Counted from the first letter of the stretch, positions 1 to 9,059 are shown. The stretch is DNA of 64,000 bases from an uncultured Methanosarcinaceae archaeon (GCA_963847185.1 CAWJYV010000008.1:224001-288000), one strand, 5' to 3'. The notes: generated from the sequence alone by a model not told the origin. Made by a program: numbers and translations.

Positions 1-280
1 CTCTACGGAGCTGTGGATATTCGAGTGAGATAAATGCACTTACAAATAATGTCCATGTATTTGAGTTATCCTTGATTGTCGCAGTTAATCCTCAATTTTA
101 GGGCCATTCTCAAGTCTAAAAGTTATTTTTTGAATTTTAACTTTCTATCTTTTATAATGCTTTTAGAGAGGTTCGATAAGTATCGTTTTGTTTATTTAAG
201 GTTTTAAGTATAATTTAACGCTTAATAAAGCTTTTTTTGTTAATTCAATCTCTTTTGTCTCTTTATTTATGTAAGTATTT

Positions 281-330
281 TTATATTTAAGCCCGTTGAT
301 TTCAGAAATGTCAGCCGAAGATGGTTGGCA
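281..330 (+). promoter_or_regulatory. Putative TATA box and 5' leader hairpin of the Trp-rich gene
   Basis: TTTATATT at 281-288, then an 8-bp stem TGTCAGCC-gaagat-GGTTGGCA (309-330) with two G-U pairs favouring the + strand. Confidence 0.45.
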
Positions 331-336
331 AGGCAG

Positions 337-457
337 CAGGACTTATGCTGTTGAATTGAGAAAACAATGGCATAATGGCATGAGTCTTAAAGAAGCCAAA
401 TCAGATTATTTACGACATATCTGTTTGTGCTTTAGAGTTTCATCTGCATAAGTCCTG
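337..457. mobile_element. MITE (121 bp) with IS701-type terminal inverted repeats
   Basis: Left end CAGGACTTATGCTGTTGAA, right end (reverse complement) CAGGACTTATGCAGATGAA: 17/19 to each other, 16/19 and 15/19 to the left end of the IS at 57754 (TAGGACTTACGCGGTTGAA). No ORF, no clear TSD. Confidence 0.75.
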
Positions 458-523
458 CCTGAATAAAGTAAGCCACCTCTGTAAAATCTGAATTAAATTA
501 TACAAAAATAAGGAGTAGGATTT

Positions 524-865
524 ATGAGTAAACTAATATTTGACAGAATGAAAAAGATTCTGTGTATGTTTACACTGGTCTTTTTTGTCGTGTCATTGAC
601 AGCTGCGTCAGCAAGCGCAGGGTCAAGTGATGTTAAGAAATGGACTCAAGAAAAGGCAAAGTGGGATAAAGAGAAGACTAAGTGGGAAAAAGAGAAGAAA
701 AAATGGGAAGAGGAGAAGAAAACATGGGATAAGAAACAGAAAACAGGATCCGATTACAGGGCATGGTTGAAGAACTATCAGGCATGGCTGACCAAATATA
801 ACTCCTGGCATGTGAAATGCAAGCAGTTTGAAACAAAATACAATGAATGGAAAAACAGCCCTTGA
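524..865 (+). CDS. Small secreted Trp/Tyr-rich heptad-repeat protein (hypothetical)
   Basis: RBS AGGAG upstream; signal peptide KKILCMFTLVFFVVSLTAASASA; W every 7 residues x5, then a Y-xx-W-xxx pattern; alternative ATG at 548. Confidence 0.8.
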   Translation: MSKLIFDRMKKILCMFTLVFFVVSLTAASASAGSSDVKKWTQEKAKWDKEKTKWEKEKKKWEEEKKTWDKKQKTGSDYRAWLKNYQAWLTKYNSWHVKCKQFETKYNEWKNSP

Positions 866-887
866 GAGTTGAAACTGGAAAACACTG

Positions 888-925
888 AGGAACTAACCGT
901 AAAATAAGGAACTAACCGTAAAATA
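888..925 (+). repeat. 19-bp tandem duplication AGGAACTAACCGTAAAATA x2
   Basis: Exact copies at 888-906 and 907-925. Confidence 0.9.
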
Positions 926-938
926 AACTGTACCCCCT

Positions 939-1039
939 ATGGATTTACGCGCTTGAATAACAAAATAAAGCACTAGCTCTATTATAATATATTTGATGTC
1001 TTATGCTATTGTTTTATCGGTTCAAGCGCGTAAGTTCTC
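939..1039. mobile_element. MITE (about 101 bp) with IS701-type terminal inverted repeats
   Basis: Perfect 13-bp IR TTACGCGCTTGAA (945-957)/TTCAAGCGCGTAA (1021-1033); the 19-bp ends match the IS701 left end at 15/19 and 16/19; no clear TSD. Confidence 0.7.
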
Positions 1040-1753
1040 CTCCGTTTTTATTGCCTTCTCTCCTCATTTATTTTTTTTGATTAATTTTCTCCGTAGATTT
1101 CCCTGGGATAATTCAAATATTTCCCTGCGGGTCTCTACCTGTTGTACTTTTCGGAATAAACTTCTGTTTTATCCCTTTTTCTTGGCCCTCTCATATTTTC
1201 ATTAATTTTATATATTAGAACTTATAATAATAGGTTCATATTAAGATACGAGAGTAAAACCAAAATTCATCAATATTTTTGTCCGATCAAGATTGTAAAT
1301 TCTATGGCAACTTTGGAAAAGAAACCATAATAGTATGGCATAATCTCTGATCAGGACAAATCAGGACAAGACTCGGAAGAAAGTCACCTGCATAAAAATT
1401 AGGAACTGCTATAATTAATGGACAATCAAAATAGTTGAATTAAAAATTAATCAAGTATTATGATTAATTACAGAGAAGCATGTTTCTTGAGAGAAAACTC
1501 ATTCTTCATCGATAATTTTATAAAATACCTGTTTATATATTTAGGGCGCAATAGTTCTGTCTTCCGTTTTTGTAGATATGTCGCGTTTTGCATGTCTGGA
1601 AGCTGCAAGTTTTGGCCGGTGGCTCGTCGGCCTAGAGGTCAATTAAGAAAGAGGAATCCTATCTCTCAAATGAGATGTTTCATCAATCTGAACCATGCTA
1701 AAATTGAGAAATTTCTATCAAAAAGTTACCTATAAATACAGTGTATCCTTCTG

Positions 1754-1777
1754 CGTTATGTTGAAATCTACATACTA
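1754..1777. promoter_or_regulatory. ModE-type box 1 upstream of fmdE
   Basis: CGTTATGT-N8-ACATACTA, just downstream of TATA-like CTATAAATA (1730-1738). Confidence 0.6.
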
Positions 1778-1838
1778 TACTTCCTTCAAATAACCAGGTT
1801 ATCTGACATTTGTTCTACCTGGGCTTTCTAATCTCTAC

Positions 1839-1862
1839 CACTATACTCAAAAAAACATAACG
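1839..1862. promoter_or_regulatory. ModE-type box 2 upstream of fmdE
   Basis: CACTATAC-N8-ACATAACG; the right half is the exact reverse complement of the box 1 left half. Confidence 0.5.
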
Positions 1863-1919
1863 CTGAAACCCGTGGCGGTGTATACATTGCATAAAAACTC
1901 ACAATTAGAGAAAGAAAAT

Positions 1920-2489
1920 ATGGAAGCAATCATGAAGCAGATAAAAGATCCTGAATTGCTTTCACAGATTGAAAAGGTCGTTCCCTTTCACGGCTTTCTG
2001 ACCTCCGGAGCATTAATCGGTATCCAGATGCTTAATATTGCAAAAAAGGTGCTTGATGTCAAGGAAGGGGAGCGCATATATGTGACCTCCGAGACGCAAA
2101 GCTGCATGCCTGATCCATTCCAGATTCTTGCAGGCGCTACAATCGGAAACGGCGGGTTGAAGATCAAAAACCTTGGAAAGATGGCGGTCACTGTAAACAA
2201 ACAGGCACCTGAAGGAGTGCACAGCGTAAAAGGTGTCAGAATTATCCTTGACCCTGAGAAGACAAAGGACTATCCCAAACTCCACGCCTGGTATCTGAAT
2301 ACTGAAAAGCTTCCACATGAGGAAGTTGTACCCATCCTCCTGGATGCAGGGGAAAAGGTGTATTCCTGGAAGCTTGTAGACTTAGAAGTTCCGGTCCGGA
2401 AAAAAAAGCGAATACATTCCTGTAAAAATTGCGGTGAGATGTTCATTCAACATGATAATGAGCTGCTGTGCGGCGGATGCACAGAATAA
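1920..2489 (+). CDS. fmdE: Formylmethanofuran dehydrogenase subunit E
   Basis: FHGFLTSGALIG and CMPDPFQ motifs, C-terminal CxxC...CxxC Zn finger; first gene of the operon; ATG 1920 preferred over GTG 1872. Confidence 0.9.
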   Translation: MEAIMKQIKDPELLSQIEKVVPFHGFLTSGALIGIQMLNIAKKVLDVKEGERIYVTSETQSCMPDPFQILAGATIGNGGLKIKNLGKMAVTVNKQAPEGVHSVKGVRIILDPEKTKDYPKLHAWYLNTEKLPHEEVVPILLDAGEKVYSWKLVDLEVPVRKKKRIHSCKNCGEMFIQHDNELLCGGCTE

Positions 2490-2507
2490 AGTAAAGAGGT
2501 AAGCAAA

Positions 2508-3548
2508 ATGCAAGATGATATGCGATTGTCTGTCTTTGCAGAAAAAAAAGACAAGCAGCTGATCTATTTGCCTGAAAAATGCATTGGCTGCGGGACCTGC
2601 GTACAGGCATGCCCTAAAGGTAACCTGGCAGTGGGCGCTGTGGGAGCTATAGCAAGATGCCTCCTTGACGCTGATTTCCTGGAAATTAAAGAGAGTGAAA
2701 CCTGTCTTGTCTGTGGGATTTGTGCAAAAGTTTGTCCCACAGGAGCTCTTGAGTTAAAGCAGGAAGGAAAAACTCTTAATGATAATTCTTATCTTTTCAA
2801 GGCAATGAAACCAACTACAGTGAACGAAAATTGTGTTCATTGTGGGCTTTGTGAGGATATATGCCCCAGAGGATGCATCGAGGTAACAAGGGAAATTTCA
2901 GAAGATGGAAGTCTGAAGCTGGTCGGAAAGACAAATATTGATTCTGAATGCTGTGTCCACTGCGGCTGGTGTGCTGCAGTATGTCCGGTGAATGCAATTT
3001 CCGTAGAAAAACCCTTTGAAGGACGCTGGACCGTGGCCGAAGATGTTTGTCAGACCTGCCACACCTGTGTGGACGTCTGTCCTGCAAATGCTCTTTTCAA
3101 TAAAAAGGCTAAACCTGGAGAAAGAGTTGAAAAGATCACTCAGCGCCCTGATGCGTGCATTTACTGCGGAGCCTGTGCAGTTTCCTGTCCTGTAAATGCT
3201 ATTGATGTCAGAAAAACCGCAATTCTGCCGGAAGTGGAGAAAAAAGGCATTCTTGAGAAAAAGATCCTTGAAGCCCCTGTTCCTGAGGCTCTGCTTCGCA
3301 CCTGCCTGGAAACTGATGAAGACGCATGTCTGGGCTGTGGAAATTGTGTAATTGTCTGTCCTGTAAATGCCCTCTATAGCCGCGAACTTGCTGCGGGGTA
3401 CCTGAACGATATGGACGAAAAAGCTCTCCTTGAGGTTAAGAACGGAAAAATTTCTGTCGTAGACCAGGACTGCTGCGGAGCAGATGGAGCCTGCGCCATG
3501 ATCTGTCCTGTTAATGCGATCTGGCTCGTAAAAAGAGAGGTGAAATAA
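2508..3548 (+). CDS. fmdF: Formylmethanofuran dehydrogenase polyferredoxin subunit F
   Basis: Eight CxxCxxCxxxCP-type 4Fe-4S motifs (the last one variant); operon position. Confidence 0.93.
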   Translation: MQDDMRLSVFAEKKDKQLIYLPEKCIGCGTCVQACPKGNLAVGAVGAIARCLLDADFLEIKESETCLVCGICAKVCPTGALELKQEGKTLNDNSYLFKAMKPTTVNENCVHCGLCEDICPRGCIEVTREISEDGSLKLVGKTNIDSECCVHCGWCAAVCPVNAISVEKPFEGRWTVAEDVCQTCHTCVDVCPANALFNKKAKPGERVEKITQRPDACIYCGACAVSCPVNAIDVRKTAILPEVEKKGILEKKILEAPVPEALLRTCLETDEDACLGCGNCVIVCPVNALYSRELAAGYLNDMDEKALLEVKNGKISVVDQDCCGADGACAMICPVNAIWLVKREVK

Positions 3549-3549
3549 A

Positions 3550-5304
3550 ATGGCAGGAACAATTGCAGTCAAGAACGGATACGTCTTTGATCCCCTCAAT
3601 GAAATTAATGGGGAAATTATGGATATCTTCATCAGGGACGGAAAAGTTGTAAAAGAGCTTTCTGCGGCTGAACTTAAAAACTCAAAGGTTATTGATGCCT
3701 CTGGTATGACGGTTATGCCAGGAGGAGTTGACTCTCACTCTCACGTTGCAGGTGCAAAGGTCAATGCCGGCAGAATGATGCGCCCTGAAGACCACTATAA
3801 AGCAACTCTTCAGAAGACTTCACTCACTCATTCAGGTTCAGGCTATTCTGTCCCGTCTGTCTACAAACAGGGATACGATTATGCGGCAATGGGTTACACA
3901 ACAGTCTTTGAAGCCGCAGTTCCTCCTCTTGAAGCTCGCCACACCCACGAAGAGATGCGGGCAACTCCGCTTCTTGATATGGGCGGGTATCTGGTGCTTG
4001 GAAACAACTTCTTTTTGATGCGTTATTTAAGGGAAGGAGACATGGAGAAGGCTACTGCTTATGTGGCCTGGATGATGAAGACTCACAAGACATATGGGAT
4101 AAAATGTGTCAACCCTGCAGGAGTTGAAAACTGGGCATGGGGTAAAAATGTCAGTTCTCTTGATGAAGCTAACATCCATTTCGAAATTACCCCTAGAGAA
4201 GTCATTAAAGGACTTACCGAAATCAATGAACGGCTTGGAATGCCAATGCCTGTCCATCTTCACGCCAACAACCTGGGACACCCGGGATGCTATGCAATTA
4301 CAAAAGATTCCCTCAAAATCCCGGATGGGGTAAAGACCAGGCAAAACATGGATGTGGAATGGGCTGAAACCAAAATGGATCCTTCAAGGGACCGTTCCGT
4401 ATACCTCACTCACCTGATGTTCAACAGTTTCGCAGGTACCACCTGGGCAGACTGTGAGTCCGGAGTAAAAGACATTGCAGATTACATAAACAACAAAGAT
4501 CACGTAGTAATCGACAGTGGATGCACTCCTTTTGGTGAAGCAACAGTTATGACAGGCGACGGCCCTGCCATTCACGATCTTTACACACTTACAGGAAACA
4601 AGTGGTCGAACACTGATGTTGAAATGGAATGTGGCTCAGGTGTTATTCCATTTACCTATCTCAAATCCAACCCCGTACACAGCTTGCAGTGGGCAATGGG
4701 GCTTGAATGTCTCCTGCTTATCAACGACCCCTGGAAGACAATCATGACCACGGACAGTCCTAACGGTGGGCCTTTTACTAAATATCCTGAGGTTATGACC
4801 TGGCTTATGTCCGAAGCTTTCAGAAAGCAGACCTTCAGTGAGTGTCACAAATGGGCAAATGACAGAAGCGCACTCGGAGGCGTAAACAGGGAACTTTCTC
4901 TCTATGATCTTGCGATCCTTACAAGAGCCAATCCTGCTAAGACCATTGGAATGGTACACAGAAAAGGTTCTCTTGGTGTGGGCGCTGATGGAGACGTTAC
5001 TGTTTATAATATCAACCCGCAGCAGCTTGACGCAAACAACTACGAGGCTCTACTCCGTACTTTCAGGAAGGCAGAATACACCGTGAAAGACGGTGAAATA
5101 GTGGTTGTAAAAGGAGAGGTTGTGTCCCTGCCTGAAAAGCGGACTTACTATTCCGAAGTTCATGTAGAAAACGAGCGGGAAAAGGAAATGCTGGTCGATG
5201 TAAAGGATTGGTTCAGGTACTATACCCTGGGCTTTGCCAATTATCCGACTCCAGAAAAGTATCTGGAAAATCCGACTCCCATACAGGTTAATGGTGAGAG
5301 GTGA
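3550..5304 (+). CDS. fmdA: Formylmethanofuran dehydrogenase subunit A (amidohydrolase fold)
   Basis: PGGVDSHSH metal motif, HLHANNLG, TTDSPNGGPF. Confidence 0.97.
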   Translation: MAGTIAVKNGYVFDPLNEINGEIMDIFIRDGKVVKELSAAELKNSKVIDASGMTVMPGGVDSHSHVAGAKVNAGRMMRPEDHYKATLQKTSLTHSGSGYSVPSVYKQGYDYAAMGYTTVFEAAVPPLEARHTHEEMRATPLLDMGGYLVLGNNFFLMRYLREGDMEKATAYVAWMMKTHKTYGIKCVNPAGVENWAWGKNVSSLDEANIHFEITPREVIKGLTEINERLGMPMPVHLHANNLGHPGCYAITKDSLKIPDGVKTRQNMDVEWAETKMDPSRDRSVYLTHLMFNSFAGTTWADCESGVKDIADYINNKDHVVIDSGCTPFGEATVMTGDGPAIHDLYTLTGNKWSNTDVEMECGSGVIPFTYLKSNPVHSLQWAMGLECLLLINDPWKTIMTTDSPNGGPFTKYPEVMTWLMSEAFRKQTFSECHKWANDRSALGGVNRELSLYDLAILTRANPAKTIGMVHRKGSLGVGADGDVTVYNINPQQLDANNYEALLRTFRKAEYTVKDGEIVVVKGEVVSLPEKRTYYSEVHVENEREKEMLVDVKDWFRYYTLGFANYPTPEKYLENPTPIQVNGER

Positions 5305-5308
5305 GGTC

Positions 5309-6169
5309 ATGACAGATGGAGTTCTTATTAATAAAGGTAAGATCGAAAGTGCTGGAGAAATGGAAGAAGTAGTTCTTATTCCTAAAAAAGAGATTGACAT
5401 TAAACTGGAAGCAGATGTTATAACTCCTGACTTCTTTGCAGGCAAGACTGCAGAAGAAATAGGAAGCCTATCTGTCTGGCAGGGTCCAAAGACCTATCCT
5501 CTTTCCGAGTTTTTTGAAGTAATCGGCAATGGAGGGAGTTCTGCAGCTCAGACTCTGATCCGTATAAAAGGCGATGCAATGCGGATCAAAAGAATCGGAG
5601 AAGGCATGAATGCAGGGAAAATTGAAATTGAAGGTTCTGCAGGCATGCATGTAGGTACCGGGATGAAAGGAGGCGAAATCGTTGTTTACGGAAACGTTGA
5701 CTCCTGGGCTGGCATGGAAATGACAGGTGGACTTCTGCACATTAAAGGCAACGCCGGAGATCATGTAGGCTGTGCTTATAGAGGTAAATGGCACGGAATG
5801 AAAGGTGGCCGCATCGTGATCGAAGGCTCGGCACGGCACCAGCTCGGAGGAGGCATGGACGGCGGCGAAATTATGGTAGAAGGCAATGTCGAAGGTTTCT
5901 GTGGAATTCGCCAGAACGGCGGGCTTATCGTAGTAAAAGGCAGAGCTCTTCGTGGTGTGGGCGCTGAAATGGCAGGCGGAACTATAGTTATCGGAGGAAA
6001 AATAGAGCGCTTCTCTCCTGGTTTCGAATATGTGTCCATGGAAAATAGCGTCAAGTCTGGTGAAGTCGAGCTAATCGGCGAATTCAAGAAGTTCATAGGG
6101 GACTATGCGATCAGCAAGCGGGCAAAAGGAGCTCTCTACGTAGCTGCAGACGCAAACCCGGAACTCTGA
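5309..6169 (+). CDS. fmdC: Formylmethanofuran dehydrogenase subunit C
   Basis: GXGXG beta-helix repeats (GMxGGxIxIxG); RBS GAGGTGAGG before ATG 5309. Confidence 0.95.
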   Translation: MTDGVLINKGKIESAGEMEEVVLIPKKEIDIKLEADVITPDFFAGKTAEEIGSLSVWQGPKTYPLSEFFEVIGNGGSSAAQTLIRIKGDAMRIKRIGEGMNAGKIEIEGSAGMHVGTGMKGGEIVVYGNVDSWAGMEMTGGLLHIKGNAGDHVGCAYRGKWHGMKGGRIVIEGSARHQLGGGMDGGEIMVEGNVEGFCGIRQNGGLIVVKGRALRGVGAEMAGGTIVIGGKIERFSPGFEYVSMENSVKSGEVELIGEFKKFIGDYAISKRAKGALYVAADANPEL

Positions 6170-6179
6170 GGTGAGAGGC

Positions 6180-6569
6180 ATGGAAGTATTACTCATTACC
6201 GGAAGTACAATTGATGAAGGAAGACTTGCCAAAGGTGGGGATAAATTCACGAATGACTACACTATGGAGTGTGGGTGCTGCTGGATTTCTCCTAGCGATT
6301 TCGTGTCACTTTGTTCTCCTGATAAAGTAAAAGTAACAAGTGGGAATAGAAAACATTCGATTGCTGTTTACACAAAGTGCACTGATTCAGTCCGGCCAGG
6401 ACAGGTGTTCATGCCAAGAGCTATCTGGTCAAATGTTGTCACTGACCCCGATACTCTCTCAACCGGTTCCCCTCTCTATAAGGGTATTCCCGTAACAATT
6501 GAGCCCACAGATGAAGAGGTTCTCAGCGCCGAAGATGTAGTGTTGAAAGTTTATCTCGGAGGGCAGTAA
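6180..6569 (+). CDS. fmdD: Formylmethanofuran dehydrogenase subunit D
   Basis: LITGSTIDEG, VFMPRAIWSN, GSPLYKG; RBS GAGGTGA. Confidence 0.93.
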   Translation: MEVLLITGSTIDEGRLAKGGDKFTNDYTMECGCCWISPSDFVSLCSPDKVKVTSGNRKHSIAVYTKCTDSVRPGQVFMPRAIWSNVVTDPDTLSTGSPLYKGIPVTIEPTDEEVLSAEDVVLKVYLGGQ

Positions 6570-6571
6570 GT

Positions 6572-7873
6572 ATGATTTACAAAAACATAGTTTGTCCTGT
6601 TTGCGGGGCAGCCTGCGATGATATCCAGGTTGAATTCGGGGACGGGAAGATTGAAGCTAGAAATGCATGTAAAATGGGGAATGCAAAATTTCAGGAAGTC
6701 ATAAGTTCCCACAGGCTCAGGCAGCCCCTTGTAAAAGCTGAGGGAAAACTGACTCCTGCAGCCTGGGACGAAGCTCTTGAGAAAGCTGCTGATATCCTTG
6801 TTTCGGCAAAGCGTCCTTTGCTTTTCATGGGAAGTGAAACTTCCTGTGAAGCGCATGAAGTAGGGCTCAAGATAGGGGAATATCTGGGTGCGCTTGTTGA
6901 CTCCAATGCTACCATCTGCCACGGGCCAACAGCTATGGGAATCCAGGAATCCGGTAAAGTCGGTGCAACCGAAGGTCAGAAGAAAAACAGGGGAGATCTC
7001 ATAGTCTACTGGGGTACAAATCCTCTTGAATCCATGCCCAGGCAAATGTCCAGGTATGGAGTTTTCCCAAGAGGTTACTGGACCAAACGCGGACGTTTTG
7101 ACAGGACAGTTATCACTGTGGATCCAAGAAAAACTCCAACAACCGAAGCTTCAGACCTGCACGTGCAGCTTAAACCCAATTCAGATTATGAACTGATAAG
7201 TGCACTTCTTACCCTGCTCCACGGGAAAACTCCGCACCCCTCAGTAGAAGAGATCACAGGAGTCCCCATCTCTGTCATGGAAGAAATGCTCGATATGATG
7301 AAAAACTGCAACTTCGGAGCCATTTCAGTGGGTCTTGGCCTTTCCTCATCTATCGGAAAGCACAGGAACGCCGAAATTGCCATGAACCTCGTAAAGGAAC
7401 TGAACAATTATGCCAAGTTCACCCTTGGAGCTCTTCGCGGTCACTGTAACGTCGCAGGTTTCAATCAGGTCGCTTCTTACATGTACGGATATCCTTTCGG
7501 ACTTGACTTCATGCGCGGAGTCCCGCGTTACAACCCCGGAGAATTCACAACCGTGGATGTACTCCGAGAAAAGGACGTGGATGCAGCCTTTGTGATGTGT
7601 GCTGATCTTGTCTGCCATATTCCTGCTGACTGTGCAACTTACCTTGGAAAAATCCCTATGGTCTGCCTGGACATTGCTCCCTGCCCGACCACAGCTGCCT
7701 CAGACGTCGTGCTTCCTGGAGTTATTGACGCCATGGAATGTGACGGAACCTTCTACAGGCTCGATGACGTGGCAGTTCACTTTGAACCTTTCACGACTTC
7801 GCCCTTCGAGTATACAAAGAGCAATGAAGATACCTTAAAACAGCTCTTTGAGAAGATTAAGGCAAGGAAGTAA
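6572..7873 (+). CDS. fmdB: Formylmethanofuran dehydrogenase subunit B (molybdopterin catalytic subunit, Cys ligand)
   Basis: CPVCGAACDD Fe-S motif, TICHGP metal-ligand Cys, LRGHCNV. Confidence 0.97.
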   Translation: MIYKNIVCPVCGAACDDIQVEFGDGKIEARNACKMGNAKFQEVISSHRLRQPLVKAEGKLTPAAWDEALEKAADILVSAKRPLLFMGSETSCEAHEVGLKIGEYLGALVDSNATICHGPTAMGIQESGKVGATEGQKKNRGDLIVYWGTNPLESMPRQMSRYGVFPRGYWTKRGRFDRTVITVDPRKTPTTEASDLHVQLKPNSDYELISALLTLLHGKTPHPSVEEITGVPISVMEEMLDMMKNCNFGAISVGLGLSSSIGKHRNAEIAMNLVKELNNYAKFTLGALRGHCNVAGFNQVASYMYGYPFGLDFMRGVPRYNPGEFTTVDVLREKDVDAAFVMCADLVCHIPADCATYLGKIPMVCLDIAPCPTTAASDVVLPGVIDAMECDGTFYRLDDVAVHFEPFTTSPFEYTKSNEDTLKQLFEKIKARK

Positions 7874-7928
7874 GTTAAGTCTGTTTTACGGATTCTCATC
7901 CAAAGGATAGTGAAAACAAACAGATGAA

Positions 7929-7965
7929 GTGAGAGTGATTAAAGCTCTCACCTCTTTTCTCTTTT
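7929..7965 (+). terminator. Hairpin plus U-tract after the fmd operon
   Basis: GTGAGAG...CTCTCAC stem followed by CTCTTTTCTCTTTT. Confidence 0.6.
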
Positions 7966-7976
7966 CAGTTTCCTGT

Positions 7977-8118
7977 GGGCACAATGCCAAAATTTAGTGG
8001 CGAATGTAAAATTGAAAATCACTAGATTTTGGAAATGGTCACAATCCTTTGAATGTGACCTATTAGTTGACGCCGAAAATAAACTCCCCAAATTACGGCG
8101 AATTTTTCCATAGAGCCC
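7977..8118. mobile_element. MITE-like element (142 bp), IS5/IS903-like ends, three internal hairpins
   Basis: GGGCACAATGCCAAAATT vs right-end reverse complement GGGCTCTATGGAAAAATT (14/18); stems 7987-7999/8020-8032, 8037-8043/8054-8060, 8071-8075/8096-8100; no TSD seen. Confidence 0.55.
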
Positions 8119-8309
8119 TTTTTTCATCCTTCAACTCTTTTCTCTTTTCATTACTTTATGTATATTTTTTCTTCAATATCATGAGACTATCATAACTGCG
8201 ACCTTAATTGAAGTTTAAGCAATTCTTTAATATGTGCGGGTGCATCTATGACTTGCTAGAATTGGCTGAATCGCCAGTCAACAAAGATAAAAAGAGGAGT
8301 ATGTGAAAA

Positions 8310-9059
8310 ATGTCACAGGAAAATAAAAACGATAAATCTTATTACGTTATCATTGCGCTGTCAGTTGTTTTGGTGCTGATGTCAGCAACGATATACGCCA
8401 TTTCACAGAGTGGATCCGAAAAGGATACGGAAAATACTATTTCCATGAGTGGGTATGCTGAACAGAAAGTTGTCCCTGACACAGCAACATTGAACATAGG
8501 TGTTGTAGTTCAGTCTGAAACTGCAAAGGAAGCATCCGATGAAAATGCAGCCCTTATGAGCGCTGTAATGGCAGAACTCAAAGCACTGGGATTGCAGGAT
8601 AAGGAAATACAGACATCCTATGTTTCCGTGTCCCCGGTATACAACTATAGTACGGCACAAACAATCACAGGTTACTCTGCATCCAACAGCGTGCAGATCA
8701 CAACCACGAAGCTCGACAACCTGAGTGAAATCATTGACAGGTCCACAGCCGCCGGAGCCAATGATATTGGAAGCATTTCTTTTTCAGTATCTGATGACAA
8801 GCAAAAGCAGCTTAGTGAAGACCTGATGAATGAAGCAGTAGCTGATGCATCATCAAAAGCCGATACGCTTGCTAAGAGCCTTGGCGTTGAGATAACTGGT
8901 GTGCGGACCTCATCTATAAGTGAAAGCGAGCGATTCCAGAGTATATTACGAATAGATATGGCAACAACAGAGAAAGGTTCAGGGGCAGTTTCCACTCCTA
9001 TTCAGCCAGGCGAGTCTACCGTTTCAATGTCAGTACAGGTCACCTACTACATTGAGTAA
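8310..9059 (+). CDS. SIMPL (DUF541/BP26) domain protein, membrane-anchored
   Basis: N-terminal TM; ISMSGYAEQKVVPDTA; AAGANDIGSISF; PIQPGESTVSMSVQVTY. Confidence 0.88.
   Translation: MSQENKNDKSYYVIIALSVVLVLMSATIYAISQSGSEKDTENTISMSGYAEQKVVPDTATLNIGVVVQSETAKEASDENAALMSAVMAELKALGLQDKEIQTSYVSVSPVYNYSTAQTITGYSASNSVQITTTKLDNLSEIIDRSTAAGANDIGSISFSVSDDKQKQLSEDLMNEAVADASSKADTLAKSLGVEITGVRTSSISESERFQSILRIDMATTEKGSGAVSTPIQPGESTVSMSVQVTYYIE

Noticed and set aside
1-33. Possible 3' end of an upstream CDS (LYGAVDIRVR*)
   Set aside because: Only ten codons at the window edge; cannot be supported.
1540-1700. Moco/Tuco riboswitch in the fmd upstream region
   Set aside because: Some hairpins exist (GGCCGG..TCGGCC) but I could not find the conserved Moco-motif elements; ModE-type boxes explain Mo regulation better.
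70-8209. Inverted 10-mer GTCGCAGTTA (~78-87) / TAACTGCGAC (~8193-8202) flanking the fmd region
   Set aside because: Too short and too far apart, no TSD or transposase; compatible with chance or unrelated IS-end relics.
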